A DNA stretch of 64,000 bases from Collinsella sp. (GCA_018370025.1 JAGZBF010000005.1:22198-86197), one strand, 5' to 3'. Positions 46,815 through 56,501 are shown, counted from the first letter of the stretch. Program-made: numbers and translations. The notes: generated from the sequence alone by a model not told the origin.

Positions 46815-48032
46815 CTAGTCAAGTACCCGTTGCCTCTCCTCGACCATCTCGCAGAAGCCTCCCACATCCATGAGCCATTCTTGCTGTGAAGGCGTGTAGG
46901 TGGGGAAAAGCTGGGAGGGGATGACGAGCTGGAGCTTGCTGTCACGCATGGCGTTCGTGTAGTCCACGCTCACGGCGGGCTCCAGCGTGATAAGGTGCTT
47001 ACGCTCGATGCGGTTCGCCTCCTCGAGCACCTGCCTCCAGCGCTCCTTGATGGTCGTCTTCGCTCCGAGCATCGTAAGGCTCGAGGAGGGGAACCCCTCA
47101 TCCCGGTAGCACTCGATTGACGGAAAAATGAAGTCCGGCTTCGACTTTCCCTCGGTGTAGGGCTGTGCGGAGTATCGGATTCCCCTACCCTTGAACAGGA
47201 ACTCAAGCTGGTGCTCGAACGCTGTGCCCGCGCGGGACTTCCTGCGCTGGAAGGTCGACATGGTGGTCTTCAGAATGCCGTCGACGTCGAGCTGGCCGTT
47301 CAAATAGGGCGCAAGGTCTCTCTCAAGCAGATGGCGCTCAAACACCTTGAACAGCAATTCCTCGCGCTCGTAGCACGCGAGCAGGCTTCGATCGGGGTCA
47401 TCCGCCCAGTCGAGACCTTCAAGGGTTGAGATGGAGTACTCCGTAAAGTCGATGCCCTTCGGAAACGTATGTCCAAACCTCTTGACCATATCGTCCAAGT
47501 AGATATCCGCGCTCAAGGGAGCGCGCGTCTCGATACCAATCATGCCGAGGATGCGCGAGGCCACCGCACCGATACGGTTGCGCTCGCCCTTTGATACGGC
47601 ATAGCCCGAGCGGTCGGGCTCCTCGAAGCCGAACAGCCACCTCAGCTGCGACTCGATGGTCGAGCCTTTTTTAGCGAAGATGATGAGCAGCCCGAGGTCA
47701 TCGGAGTTGGCGACCACCATGAGGTCGCCAGCGGATGCCTGCCTGATGGCGGGGTTGTCCTTGTAGTAGAGACGGTACTCGGTTCTCGTGGGATGTTTGC
47801 GGCGCGCATCGTACCAAGTCACGGTCCCGTCGCACATCTCCGGCTCCGCCTCGTCGCACATGTAGGCGAACGTGGTGCGGATGTCGCGGATGTCGTCGTC
47901 ACCGAACAGCGACCTCAGCGGCAGCGTGCCGTTGAACTCGTGCTGATTACTCCTACCTGCGTCGATATCGACGTCCGCGAGGGTCTTCGAGACCGCGCCG
48001 TCGAAGTAGCTGCTAAGCGCCCCGTAATCCAT
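46815..48032 (-). CDS. Type II restriction endonuclease, EcoRII-like
   Basis: N-terminal SNQHEFNG and RTEYRLY; catalytic RKSRAG..FE, KPDFIFP and LGAKTTIKERWRQVL. Confidence 0.85.
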   Translation of the reverse strand: MDYGALSSYFDGAVSKTLADVDIDAGRSNQHEFNGTLPLRSLFGDDDIRDIRTTFAYMCDEAEPEMCDGTVTWYDARRKHPTRTEYRLYYKDNPAIRQASAGDLMVVANSDDLGLLIIFAKKGSTIESQLRWLFGFEEPDRSGYAVSKGERNRIGAVASRILGMIGIETRAPLSADIYLDDMVKRFGHTFPKGIDFTEYSISTLEGLDWADDPDRSLLACYEREELLFKVFERHLLERDLAPYLNGQLDVDGILKTTMSTFQRRKSRAGTAFEHQLEFLFKGRGIRYSAQPYTEGKSKPDFIFPSIECYRDEGFPSSSLTMLGAKTTIKERWRQVLEEANRIERKHLITLEPAVSVDYTNAMRDSKLQLVIPSQLFPTYTPSQQEWLMDVGGFCEMVEERQRVLD

Positions 48033-49185
48033 CCTGACACGCTCCCATCATGAGCTTGGCCACCGACCGTATTACAGGGACCGTCACCGAATTGCCGAAC
48101 TGGCGGTAGGCCTGTGTGTCGGAGACCGGGATTATGAACCGGTCGGGAAATCCCTGCAAGCGCGCGCACTCTCTAGGGGTCAGCTTACGGGGGTTCTCGC
48201 CCTCGCCGCGCGAGACCAAGATCTCACTACCGTCCTTATGATAGCGTGCGGAGAGCGTCCTCGTGGTGTCCGATGGAGTGATAAGACCGTAGCCGAACCC
48301 GTTGCCGGCGGCCTCGTGCTTGGCCTTGTATGCTTTCAAATATGACCACAGCTTGTCGGAGAGCACGTACCTCGCGTCCGCATCCTCCTCCAGAATCTCC
48401 GCGGCTTTCTGACCACTGTTCGGGCAGTCGAGGTCGTCCCAAGAGAACTCCACATCGTCGCGAAAGCCAACAATGTAGATGCGCTCGCGGTGCTGGCATG
48501 TCCAACCCTTGGAGTCCAGAACCTTGTAGTGAACGTGGTAACCGAGCTCGTCCTGGAGGACCTGCATGATGACGTCGAACGTTCTGCCCCTGTCGTGACT
48601 GATCAGATTCTTCACGTTCTCGAGCAGGAACGCCTTCGGGCGCTTCTCGTTCAGGATGCGTGCAACCTCGAAGAAGAGCGTGCCCTGCGTCTTGTCTTCG
48701 AAGCCCGTAGCGCGACCAAGGGAGCGCTTCTTGGACACACCCGCAAGCGAGAACGGCTGGCATGGAAAGCCAGCGAGCAGCACGTCGAAGTCGGGGATGT
48801 CTGAAGCGGCGACCTCACGGATGTCCCCCGCCGGGGTTTCGCCGTAGTTCATGCGGTAGGTCTTCTGCGCAAACTTATCCCACTCGCAGGAGAAGACGCA
48901 CCTGCCGCCCAGCTCCTGGAACGGCATGCGGATCCCGCCGATGCCCGCGAACAGGTCGATGAAGGTGAAGGCAGGCTTCCCCTCCCCTGCGGGTGCAAAG
49001 GGGGCGCGATGGCCGAGGGTGGAGATGTACTTCGACTCGGCTGCGGTGGGCCTTGTTTCGCCTGCCTCCCAGCGGCGCACCGTTCGCTCGCCGTTGGGGC
49101 CCATGCCTAGGGCAGCGGCGAATTCCTTCTGAGTCAAGCCGAGCTCCTGTCTCTTGGCCTTTACCTCATCTGCTGATAATTGCAT
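48013..49185 (-). CDS. DNA (cytosine-5) methyltransferase, Dcm/EcoRII/SsoII-like, with an N-terminal XRE HTH
   Basis: FIDLFAGIGG, AGFPCQ, LENV, QHRER, TLSARYHKDGSEIL and QFGNSV; N-terminal RQELGLTQKEFA...VRRWE. Confidence 0.92.
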   Translation of the reverse strand: MQLSADEVKAKRQELGLTQKEFAAALGMGPNGERTVRRWEAGETRPTAAESKYISTLGHRAPFAPAGEGKPAFTFIDLFAGIGGIRMPFQELGGRCVFSCEWDKFAQKTYRMNYGETPAGDIREVAASDIPDFDVLLAGFPCQPFSLAGVSKKRSLGRATGFEDKTQGTLFFEVARILNEKRPKAFLLENVKNLISHDRGRTFDVIMQVLQDELGYHVHYKVLDSKGWTCQHRERIYIVGFRDDVEFSWDDLDCPNSGQKAAEILEEDADARYVLSDKLWSYLKAYKAKHEAAGNGFGYGLITPSDTTRTLSARYHKDGSEILVSRGEGENPRKLTPRECARLQGFPDRFIIPVSDTQAYRQFGNSVTVPVIRSVAKLMMGACQDGLRGA

Positions 49186-49208
49186 GACGCACCTTCTGGA
49201 TAGATAAC

Positions 49209-49223
49209 AGGACAATATGTCCT
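49209..49223. promoter_or_regulatory. Putative methyltransferase autoregulatory operator
   Basis: AGGACA-ATA-TGTCCT palindrome about 25 bp upstream of the start codon; resembles the M.SsoII regulatory site AGGACAAATTGTCCT as I recall it. Confidence 0.7.
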
Positions 49224-49562
49224 CATTTTGCCACAGGGATGAAGAGATAAACTCGTCAGAATAGCAACCTTGCCCCAAACCATGGGTTTCTCACGTCTCC
49301 CACATCCGACAATCCATGTACCACTCAAACCGCGAAGACCCATCTAACCACCGCTGCGTTCTATACGATAGTCGTTCGCCAGGACATTTTTCTGCCGCCG
49401 CAGTCATTAGTCCAAGTGAAAAGCGGCAAGCCGAGAACCTCACGCCTCTCCATCATCAATCATTCCATTTCACAAATGACGCAGCGGCGCAATTAGCAAC
49501 GCGGAGCATGGAACCATGCTATACCCGTCCAAACGATATTGTCCGCGCCCAACAGCTATCAA

Positions 49563-49802
49563 TCAATTTACCTTGGCCTGCTGGCGCAGAGAGTGCAGCC
49601 AAGCCTCATGATCATCGTAACAATAAAGAACATGGGATCGCGAGGATTTGCCGAGGCGAATGTACTCCGGCCCCTTACTAGGACAGCGCCAATTTGCAAG
49701 GGTCTTCGCGCTTACGCCAATCAACTTTGCTGCCTCTTCACTCGAAAACGCAAGCGGGCGTACGGATTCAACAGCGCATGTCACGCCGTTTGCTCCACCC
49801 AT
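49563..49802 (-). CDS. Excisionase-like (MerR-type winged HTH) protein, possibly degenerate
   Basis: FSSEEAAKLIGVSAKTLANWR...GPEYIRLG...VLY. Confidence 0.7.
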   Translation of the reverse strand: MGGANGVTCAVESVRPLAFSSEEAAKLIGVSAKTLANWRCPSKGPEYIRLGKSSRSHVLYCYDDHEAWLHSLRQQAKVN

Positions 49803-49916
49803 AAAGACCCTCAGACTCTCCGATCACACCCACCCGTTACAGATTGAGACAATTTGACGGTACCGAATTCTTGTCAAGGCGTGGTACAATTGTGTCCCAA
49901 CGCAAAGGAGGTACCT

Positions 49917-50183
49917 ATGCCCACCTGTGTGCCCGTCCGAGACATGAAGGACACCGCTGCATTTACCGCGCTTGTTGAGTCCGAGCGCGACGTCACCGTA
50001 ACTAAGAACGGCTATGAGGCCATGCACTGCATCAGCAGCGACCAGTATCGTCTCATGCAAGACGAAATCGCCAAAGCCAAGCTGCTGTCTCGTATGATGT
50101 TGGCAGAAGACGAGATATCGCAAGGCGACTACAGCGACTACGACTCCTTCGCGACCGCGATACGAGACAAATATGGCCTATAA
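49917..50183 (+). CDS. Type II antitoxin, Phd/YefM-like
   Basis: PVRDMKD..VTVTKNG motif; AAGGAGG RBS; upstream TGGTACAAT extended -10 and TTGAC..GTCAA inverted repeat. Confidence 0.82.
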   Translation: MPTCVPVRDMKDTAAFTALVESERDVTVTKNGYEAMHCISSDQYRLMQDEIAKAKLLSRMMLAEDEISQGDYSDYDSFATAIRDKYGL

Positions 50184-50478
50184 CGTCGTAATACTCGAAA
50201 GCGCACAATATGAATACGAGGCTATTGTCAGATACCTTGCTCAAATCCTTATGAACCCACGTGCAGCAGGCAATTTTGTTGCTGAGTTTGAATATCAGCT
50301 TGATCTGCTTCGCGAGCAGCCGCTCCTACGGCCCCTCTCCCACATACGAGAGCTGGCGGCACGCAATTATCGATCGTTTACCGTCAACAAATACGTGTGT
50401 CTTTACAAGTTTGAGCGCGATACGATCTATATCGCCCATGTCTTTCATCAGTCACAGGACTACGGCCGCCTGGTCTAG
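50173..50478 (+). CDS. Type II toxin, RelE/ParE family
   Basis: YNVVILESA..I..Y, YRSFTVNKYVCLY and IYIAHVFHQSQDY; overlaps the antitoxin. Confidence 0.82.
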   Translation: MAYNVVILESAQYEYEAIVRYLAQILMNPRAAGNFVAEFEYQLDLLREQPLLRPLSHIRELAARNYRSFTVNKYVCLYKFERDTIYIAHVFHQSQDYGRLV

Positions 50479-50519
50479 CCCACAAACTGAATACTTGGTC
50501 CGATCTCCCGCAGCGATAG

Positions 50520-51284
50520 CTAGCAGATGACCTGCGTGTGTTCCTCGATGGCGGCGCGATCCTCGGCGGCAATACCCGGCTCGCACACCACGGCGTCCAA
50601 ACTGTCCAGGCGGCAGAAGGTGTAGAAGTCGCGCTTGCCGATCTTACTGGAGTCGGCGATCAGATAGCGCGAGTCGGCCTTGCTAAAGGCGAGCTGCTGG
50701 ATACGACCCTCATCCATATTAGACGTAGACACGTCGCCATCCAGAATGCCGTTGGCGCCGATAAACGCCGCGTCGATACCCAGTGCACGCAGGGTATCCT
50801 CGGCCGTTGGTCCCACAAAAGCGGCGGTACGGCGACGGTACATGCCGCCCACTAGGCACAGGTCGCAGTCCTCGCGCGCCTCGAGCAGGTTAAACACCGA
50901 AAGCGAATTGGTCACGATGCGCAGACGAAATGCCGGCAGCATCGAGGCCATCTGCTCAACCGTGGTGCCCGTACCCAAAAAGATGGTCGAGCCTTCCTCG
51001 ATAAGCTCCACGGCGCGGCGCGCGATCTGCAACTTTTCCTCGGCATGCTTGGTGCGCTTTTCGCTGTGCGAATACTCATGGCGCAACATAGCATGTGGAC
51101 GGCCCTGCGCACTGCGGGCTCCACCGTGCACGCGTTCGATCTCGCCCAGGCTCGCAAGTTCCTCAAGGTCGCGGCGGATCGTCATATCCGAGACACCTAA
51201 CGCATCAGAAATCTCTTTAACCGAGACCGTGCCCTGCTCTTCGAGCAGCTGCCGAACCTTATCCTGTCGCTCTGCCTTAATCAC
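50520..51284 (-). CDS. DeoR-family repressor, LacR-like
   Basis: GVSDMTIRRDL, RVHGGA, IFLGTGTT and ADSSKIGKRDFYTF. Confidence 0.88.
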   Translation of the reverse strand: MIKAERQDKVRQLLEEQGTVSVKEISDALGVSDMTIRRDLEELASLGEIERVHGGARSAQGRPHAMLRHEYSHSEKRTKHAEEKLQIARRAVELIEEGSTIFLGTGTTVEQMASMLPAFRLRIVTNSLSVFNLLEAREDCDLCLVGGMYRRRTAAFVGPTAEDTLRALGIDAAFIGANGILDGDVSTSNMDEGRIQQLAFSKADSRYLIADSSKIGKRDFYTFCRLDSLDAVVCEPGIAAEDRAAIEEHTQVIC

Positions 51285-51490
51285 GATGAATCCTCGCCGT
51301 TCTTTGCGCGCATATCATTCAAACAGTAACGAACAAATTGTATCAGACTCGTGCGCGTCAAAAATGAACGCCCGCACAGCTCCAATCATCACTTTTTTGA
51401 GAAAAATACCCCCTGCTTTAGTGGGATGTAGTGATAATCTCGCCTGTTCGCGCTACAGTTTGTCGGAAATACCTCGATGTTAGGAACCAA

Positions 51491-52543
51491 ATGATCACTT
51501 CCGAGCTTTTCGGCACCGCGCCGTGCGGTACCCCCGTTCATCGTTACACCCTCAACGGGCCCGAGATCTGCGTTCGCATTATGGACTACGGTGCCACCGT
51601 GTTGGGCATCGACGTGCCCGACATTCCCGGCAACGTGCGCGATGTGGTGCTGGGCTTCGATAAGCTTGAGGATTTCTTTGACAACCCCGCCTGCTTTGGC
51701 GCGACCATCGGCCCCGTGGCAAACCGCACCGCGGGCGCCACGATCGCCATCGACGGCACGGACTGGCATATGCCGGCCAACGAAGGCGTCAACAACCTGC
51801 ATAGCGATCTTGAGCACGGTCTGCACAAGCGCGTATGGGATGTTGAGCTCGACGAGGTGCACAATGCCGTGCGCATGACCACCTCGCTTGAGGATGGCGA
51901 GCTGGGCCTGCCCGGCAACCGAACCTTTACGGCTGTGTTTACCGTTACGCGCACCGGCGTCTTTCGCATCGAGTATGGCTGCGAGAGCGACCGTGCCACC
52001 TACGTGTCCATGACTAACCACACGTACTTTAACCTTGCCGGTCACAACGCCGGCATGGACTGTGAGCACTTCTTTGTTGCCAACGCCGTCCACTATCTGC
52101 CCATTGACGATCAGAACATTCCCACCGGCGAGATTGCTCCGGTCGAGGGCACGCCGTTTGACTTCCGTGAGCTGCACCCCGTCGCACCCGGCATGGAGGC
52201 CGACGACCCGCAGATTAAGCAGGCCCGTGGCTACGATCACTGCCTGTGCATCGATGGCTATCAGTACGGCCGCAACCTGCGTCGCGCCCTACATGTCGAG
52301 GAAATGTGGACTGGCCGCGAGCTGGACTACTACACCACTGCCCCGGGCGTGCAGCTCTACACCGGCAACTGGCTGGGCGACGAGCACGCCAAGGACGACG
52401 CCAACTATGGCTGGGGCGCCGGCTTTGCCCTCGAGGCCGAGATGTACCCCGACACGCCGCACCAGCCACTGTTCCCGCAGGGCATTGTGGGCCCGGGTCA
52501 CCCCTATAGCAATGTGATCGAATACCACTTTATGAGGCACTAA
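51491..52543 (+). CDS. galM: Aldose 1-epimerase (galactose mutarotase)
   Basis: FGATIGPVANR, NNLH, MTNHTYFNL, GYDH and VQLYTGN. Confidence 0.9.
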   Translation: MITSELFGTAPCGTPVHRYTLNGPEICVRIMDYGATVLGIDVPDIPGNVRDVVLGFDKLEDFFDNPACFGATIGPVANRTAGATIAIDGTDWHMPANEGVNNLHSDLEHGLHKRVWDVELDEVHNAVRMTTSLEDGELGLPGNRTFTAVFTVTRTGVFRIEYGCESDRATYVSMTNHTYFNLAGHNAGMDCEHFFVANAVHYLPIDDQNIPTGEIAPVEGTPFDFRELHPVAPGMEADDPQIKQARGYDHCLCIDGYQYGRNLRRALHVEEMWTGRELDYYTTAPGVQLYTGNWLGDEHAKDDANYGWGAGFALEAEMYPDTPHQPLFPQGIVGPGHPYSNVIEYHFMRH

Positions 52544-52657
52544 GCCCACAGCGCAACATACCGCACAGCAGCGCCCGCCGGCACCACCGCCGACGGGCGT
52601 TTTTTTCATCTTTCGGGCTCAATTTCGCTGTGACTGTATGAGTGACATATCAAAACT

Positions 52658-52797
52658 ATGCCCATTTACTACGTTTAGCCCGGGATGCTCGACCATGCAC
52701 CGGTTTTTGCTAAATTCGCGAGCCGCCTACCTGCGGTTTTGTTTTTCTCAAATTCGACATGCTCGGCGATAGCCGATCAAACGTAGTAAATGGGCAT
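52658..52797. repeat. 140-bp element with perfect 19-bp terminal inverted repeats
   Basis: ATGCCCATTTACTACGTTT (52658-52676) and AAACGTAGTAAATGGGCAT (52779-52797). Confidence 0.75.
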
Positions 52798-52870
52798 TGT
52801 TTTTGACAGGCAGCATCGCGCGCGTCCCTCGCAAGGGCAGAATGATTCGTTTTTCTCCGTCCCCAAGGGA

Positions 52871-53353
52871 TCAGTTGAACAGATTGCCGATGGGGTCGGG
52901 ATTGGAGCTGGGGAGATAGCGGATTTCTAGTTCTATGCCGAGCTTTTGCAGCTCTCTGAGAGCAGCGACGTCCGCATCGTCTGTGGCGACTGCGGGCGCT
53001 GCGGGATGCTTGCCCTCCCCTGCCTGCATATGGCCAATGCTGATCTTGGTGATCGGCACGCCACCCTTAACCAGCGCGAGTGCATCGGCGGGTGAGGCCA
53101 CCATGATCAGAATCAATTGGCGCGGCGTTGCGGTATGAATGATGTCGATGGCCCTTTGCACCGAGAAAAACCGCGTCCACACGCCCTCGGGCGCCGCGAC
53201 CCTCATGGGTGCCCATTGGCGCGAATCCGCCGCGATCTCATCGTTGACGATTAGGATAAGGTTGGAACCCACGGCTTCGTTCCACAGCTCAACGTCTTGC
53301 CCGTAAATGAAACGGTCATCGATACGCGTGAGAAGGATCCTGGGTTGAGCCAT
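52871..53353 (-). CDS. Orphan mannose-family PTS EIIB paralog lacking the phospho-His
   Basis: Colinear with 62611-63093 but reads RIDDRFIYGQ instead of RIDNRLVHGQ. Confidence 0.8.
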   Translation of the reverse strand: MAQPRILLTRIDDRFIYGQDVELWNEAVGSNLILIVNDEIAADSRQWAPMRVAAPEGVWTRFFSVQRAIDIIHTATPRQLILIMVASPADALALVKGGVPITKISIGHMQAGEGKHPAAPAVATDDADVAALRELQKLGIELEIRYLPSSNPDPIGNLFN

Positions 53354-53510
53354 CACTGCCCCATTCTGCTTGAGACCCGTAAGAGCAAGACATCACGCCT
53401 CCAATATTAGTGCATTTAAAGTGAGAAAAGCCGTCAGAACCCTTGCGCGGATTTGCGATGTCCCGTATCATAGACAGCCGTTGACGCCTCTGTTGCGTCA
53501 TCACATGGCC

Positions 53511-53586
53511 GCCAGCGTAGCTCAGTTGGTAGAGCACCGCTCTCGTAAAGCGGGGGTCACCGGTTCGAGCCCGGTCGCTGGCTCCA
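53511..53586 (+). tRNA. tRNA-Thr (anticodon CGT)
   Basis: 76 nt; acceptor GCCAGCG/CGCTGGC, anticodon arm CCGCT-CTCGTAA-AGCGG, GGTTCGAG T-loop and encoded CCA. Confidence 0.97.
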
Positions 53587-53596
53587 TTGCACAAGA

Positions 53597-53620
53597 TAGC
53601 CGCCTTCGGGCGGCTTTTTT
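53597..53620 (+). terminator. Intrinsic terminator after the tRNA
   Basis: AGCCGCC-TTCG-GGCGGCT followed by a T run. Confidence 0.8.
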
Positions 53621-53797
53621 GTTGCCGATTTTGAGTGCGCGTGCGCCAATCCACGTATCGTAACGGCCTCAACTCCCCTACTCAAAAACAGAAAGCCCCG
53701 CCAACCGCAATCCCCAAGGGAACCGCGATTAACGGGGCTCAAGCGCGCTCCTCAATGGAATCACGCCAGCATACGAACAGCTCAGCCGAGCAGCGCG

Positions 53798-54271
53798 CTA
53801 CTCTTCCCAGTAAGCATCTGCAAGCAGCTTAAAGCAGATCTTCTTGACCGGCTGCGCACCATCGCCCGGGAACTCGAGCGTGGGCATATGAGGCTCGCCG
53901 GCAACAAACAGCGCAAACTTGTCGTCAGCAAGATCGCCGGCAATCGAAGCGTCGGAATCGACCAGATCGTAGTCGTCCTTCTCGTCAAACTCCTGGACCA
54001 GCGTCAGGCTGCCCGTAGCGACCTTAAAGGCCTCACGACCCTCAACGTCGATCTGCAGGTCGTGATAGCGCTGATGCGTCTCATAGTGAGCCTCGGCCTC
54101 GGGACGCGTCGTGGGAGCCATGACGTTCGCATAGACCTTGTCGCCCAGAATCGGATGGCTGCCGACCTCGAGCTCCGCCGGGTCGTTCTCCTCGAGCCAG
54201 TCGATCAACACGTCGAGGCCCTTGAGCATTCCGCGATACTCCTCGATATCGCCCAATGCACCGTAAATCAT
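53798..54271 (-). CDS. YhcH/YjgK/YiaL (DUF386) family protein
   Basis: YETHQRYHDLQ..GRE and F..GEPHMP..VKKICFK. Confidence 0.85.
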   Translation of the reverse strand: MIYGALGDIEEYRGMLKGLDVLIDWLEENDPAELEVGSHPILGDKVYANVMAPTTRPEAEAHYETHQRYHDLQIDVEGREAFKVATGSLTLVQEFDEKDDYDLVDSDASIAGDLADDKFALFVAGEPHMPTLEFPGDGAQPVKKICFKLLADAYWEE

Positions 54272-54303
54272 CTAAATCCCCTCTCGGATCGCTTCTTTGG
54301 CGG

Positions 54304-54435
54304 CTACTCGGCAAACGCGTTACCGACGCTGTTGCCACCCACATACGCCTCGACCAGGGTAAGGTCGGGATTGAACACGACAAACTCGGCGTCGCGCCCC
54401 GGCATAATGCTACCGCACTTGTCGTCGACATGAGC
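54304..54435 (-). pseudogene. Orphan 3' remnant of a second nagA
   Basis: Translates as HVDDKCGSIMPGRDAEFVVFNPDLTLVEAYVGGNSVGNAFAE*, matching the end of 57162-58331. Confidence 0.85.
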
Positions 54436-54468
54436 TAGCAAGCGATGCCGGGGCCGTCACCCAAGCTC

Positions 54469-55404
54469 TTACAGCTCGGTCACGACAACGCCGTTGTAGA
54501 CCTCGTCCCAACGGTCCATGACCAGATGGCCGGTCATGGGATCCATGGCATTGAGCTTGCCGCAGGTGTTGGCGGTACGCAGTACCGTCTCGTCGTCTGC
54601 GCCAGCAGCGATGGCATGCGCGAAGCCTGCGATAGTGGAGTCGCCAGAGCCCGTAGCGTTAACGGCGGGGATATCGGGAGTCTTGGCGCGGAACGCACGG
54701 CCATTGTGGAAGCCCACGGAACCGGCGGCACCCATGGACACGACGACCCAGGGGATATCGGAGAAGCGGGCGTCAGAGGCAAGTGCGGCGCGGAGCTCGT
54801 CCACATCGTCGGTGGTAAAGCTCGTGCCCAGAAGGCCGTTAATCTCGGTCAGATTAGGCTTGACCAGCTCGGGCTTAATTTCGGACTTAAGGGCGGCCTC
54901 GAGCGAAGCACCCGAGGTATCGAGCAGCACCTTGGCGCCGGCGTTCTCGGCAATGCCCGTGATCTTGGCATAGTAGTCCGCCTCGACGCCGCGGGGCAGC
55001 GAACCCGAGATGGTGACGACATCGGCCTTGCCTGCAAGCTCGGCGAACTTTGCAGTAAAGGCATCGAGCTCCTCGGGGGCAATTGTCGGGCCACTCTCGA
55101 GCAGCTCAGTCTGGTTGCCGGCGTGGAGGATGTTGAGGCAAATGCGAGTCTCGCCCTTGATGGGCACAAAGTCGTTTTTAATACCGTTGGCGTCCATGAG
55201 CTCAGCCATGTAGGCGCCCATGTGGCCGCCGAGCAGACCTGTTGCCACAACGTCGTCGCCCAGCTGACCCAGCACACGGGCCACGTTGAGGCCCTTGCCG
55301 CCAGCGGTCTTTTCGGGCGTCACACGGTTGACGTCGTCGATAACGAGCTCATCGAGCTGATAGCGCGTATCGACAGACGGGTTCATCGTAACGGTGAGGA
55401 TCAT
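54469..55404 (-). CDS. lacC: Tagatose-6-phosphate kinase, copy 2
   Basis: Nearly identical protein to 21333-22268. Confidence 0.88.
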   Translation of the reverse strand: MILTVTMNPSVDTRYQLDELVIDDVNRVTPEKTAGGKGLNVARVLGQLGDDVVATGLLGGHMGAYMAELMDANGIKNDFVPIKGETRICLNILHAGNQTELLESGPTIAPEELDAFTAKFAELAGKADVVTISGSLPRGVEADYYAKITGIAENAGAKVLLDTSGASLEAALKSEIKPELVKPNLTEINGLLGTSFTTDDVDELRAALASDARFSDIPWVVVSMGAAGSVGFHNGRAFRAKTPDIPAVNATGSGDSTIAGFAHAIAAGADDETVLRTANTCGKLNAMDPMTGHLVMDRWDEVYNGVVVTEL

Positions 55405-55463
55405 TTTTAGCTCCTTATCTCGCAGGCTCCTTGTGCCTCGCGATACGAGTCGACAAAACGGAA

Positions 55464-56345
55464 TTACAGAATCTCAATCGTGAACGAGCGAACGACGGTC
55501 TCCTTGGGCTTGGCGACAAGGCAGCCGCGCTTATGCTCAAGCACGTCGTCCTCATCGGAGCAGGTCGAAAGGCCGCCCCAGGGCTCAACCGCCACAAAAT
55601 CGCCCTCGGGCTTGCTCCACACAATGAGATATGGGAAGCCCTCAAAGCTCAGGCGGACGCCCTTGTCCTCGCCCTTTTTGGAAAGCGTGACCTGACAGCT
55701 CTCGAGCACGTCAAAGATGGTCTCCGCAAAATCGAAGAGCTCATGTGACAGAGGCAGCGTCTTTCCCACCATGGGGTTCTTGGAGCGATTGGTCACGTCA
55801 ATCAAGCCAGTCGAGGGAACGGCGGTGCAGAGCTCCGCAGCCTCGTCTTTCTCAAAGCGCAACTCGTAGTCCGTATAGGCCTCGCCCTCATCGAGCGGAC
55901 ACCTAAAGCCGGGATGACCGCCGATAAAGAACGGCATGTCCTCGGTTCCCTCGTTGGTCACCTCATAGGAGACGCGAACGGCATCCCCCTCAAGCGTATA
56001 ACGAGCGACAAGCTTAAACGGATACGGATAATCGCTCAGCAGCGCGGCGTTATCCTCCGAAGCCAGGCACATCGCCAGCTCGTTCTCGCTCTGGCTCAGC
56101 AGCTTCCACTCCTGTTTGCGCGCAAACCCATGGCGAGCGAGCTTTACATGATGCCCGGCAAACGTCATGGCGTTGTTATCGCGCAAGCCTCCGCAAATCG
56201 GGAAGCAAATCGGTGCCTGGCCGGACCACACGGCGGGATCGCCCTGCCACAGATACTCGCAACCTCCGGCCTTGATCGAGGTAAACGAACCACCAGCCGT
56301 GGACACCTTAATAGAAATCGAATCGTTGGAGAGAGCGTATTCCAT
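55464..56345 (-). CDS. lacX: LacX-like aldose 1-epimerase family protein, copy 2
   Basis: Close paralog of 22325-23206; start at MEYALS. Confidence 0.85.
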   Translation of the reverse strand: MEYALSNDSISIKVSTAGGSFTSIKAGGCEYLWQGDPAVWSGQAPICFPICGGLRDNNAMTFAGHHVKLARHGFARKQEWKLLSQSENELAMCLASEDNAALLSDYPYPFKLVARYTLEGDAVRVSYEVTNEGTEDMPFFIGGHPGFRCPLDEGEAYTDYELRFEKDEAAELCTAVPSTGLIDVTNRSKNPMVGKTLPLSHELFDFAETIFDVLESCQVTLSKKGEDKGVRLSFEGFPYLIVWSKPEGDFVAVEPWGGLSTCSDEDDVLEHKRGCLVAKPKETVVRSFTIEIL

Positions 56346-56501
56346 TGCCCATCCTTTCGAACAACTGCTTTTTGCTCGCAAGTACCCGTCTCGGCCCTAA
56401 CCAAAGGACAAACCCGCACGTTCATCGATGCGTCCGGTATCCCAGCCATGTAACGGGGTACCATACAGACATTGATGCAATTACAGCTGAAAGGCCTTCT
56501 T

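Larger units (their letters stand above)
41161..49848. mobile_element. About 8.7-kb decayed integrative element / defence island, no integrase seen
   Basis: 13-bp direct repeat GTTACAGATTGAG at 41161-41173 and 49836-49848; visibly lower-GC genes; XRE regulator, excisionase-like HTH, pseudogene fragments and defence genes interrupting a sugar cluster. Confidence 0.7.

Noticed and set aside
53511..53586. tRNA-Thr as the island attachment site
   Set aside because: No duplicated tRNA 3' end was seen, and sugar genes separate it from the island.
53316..53742. ORFs overlapping the tRNA
   Set aside because: Explained by the tRNA and its terminator.
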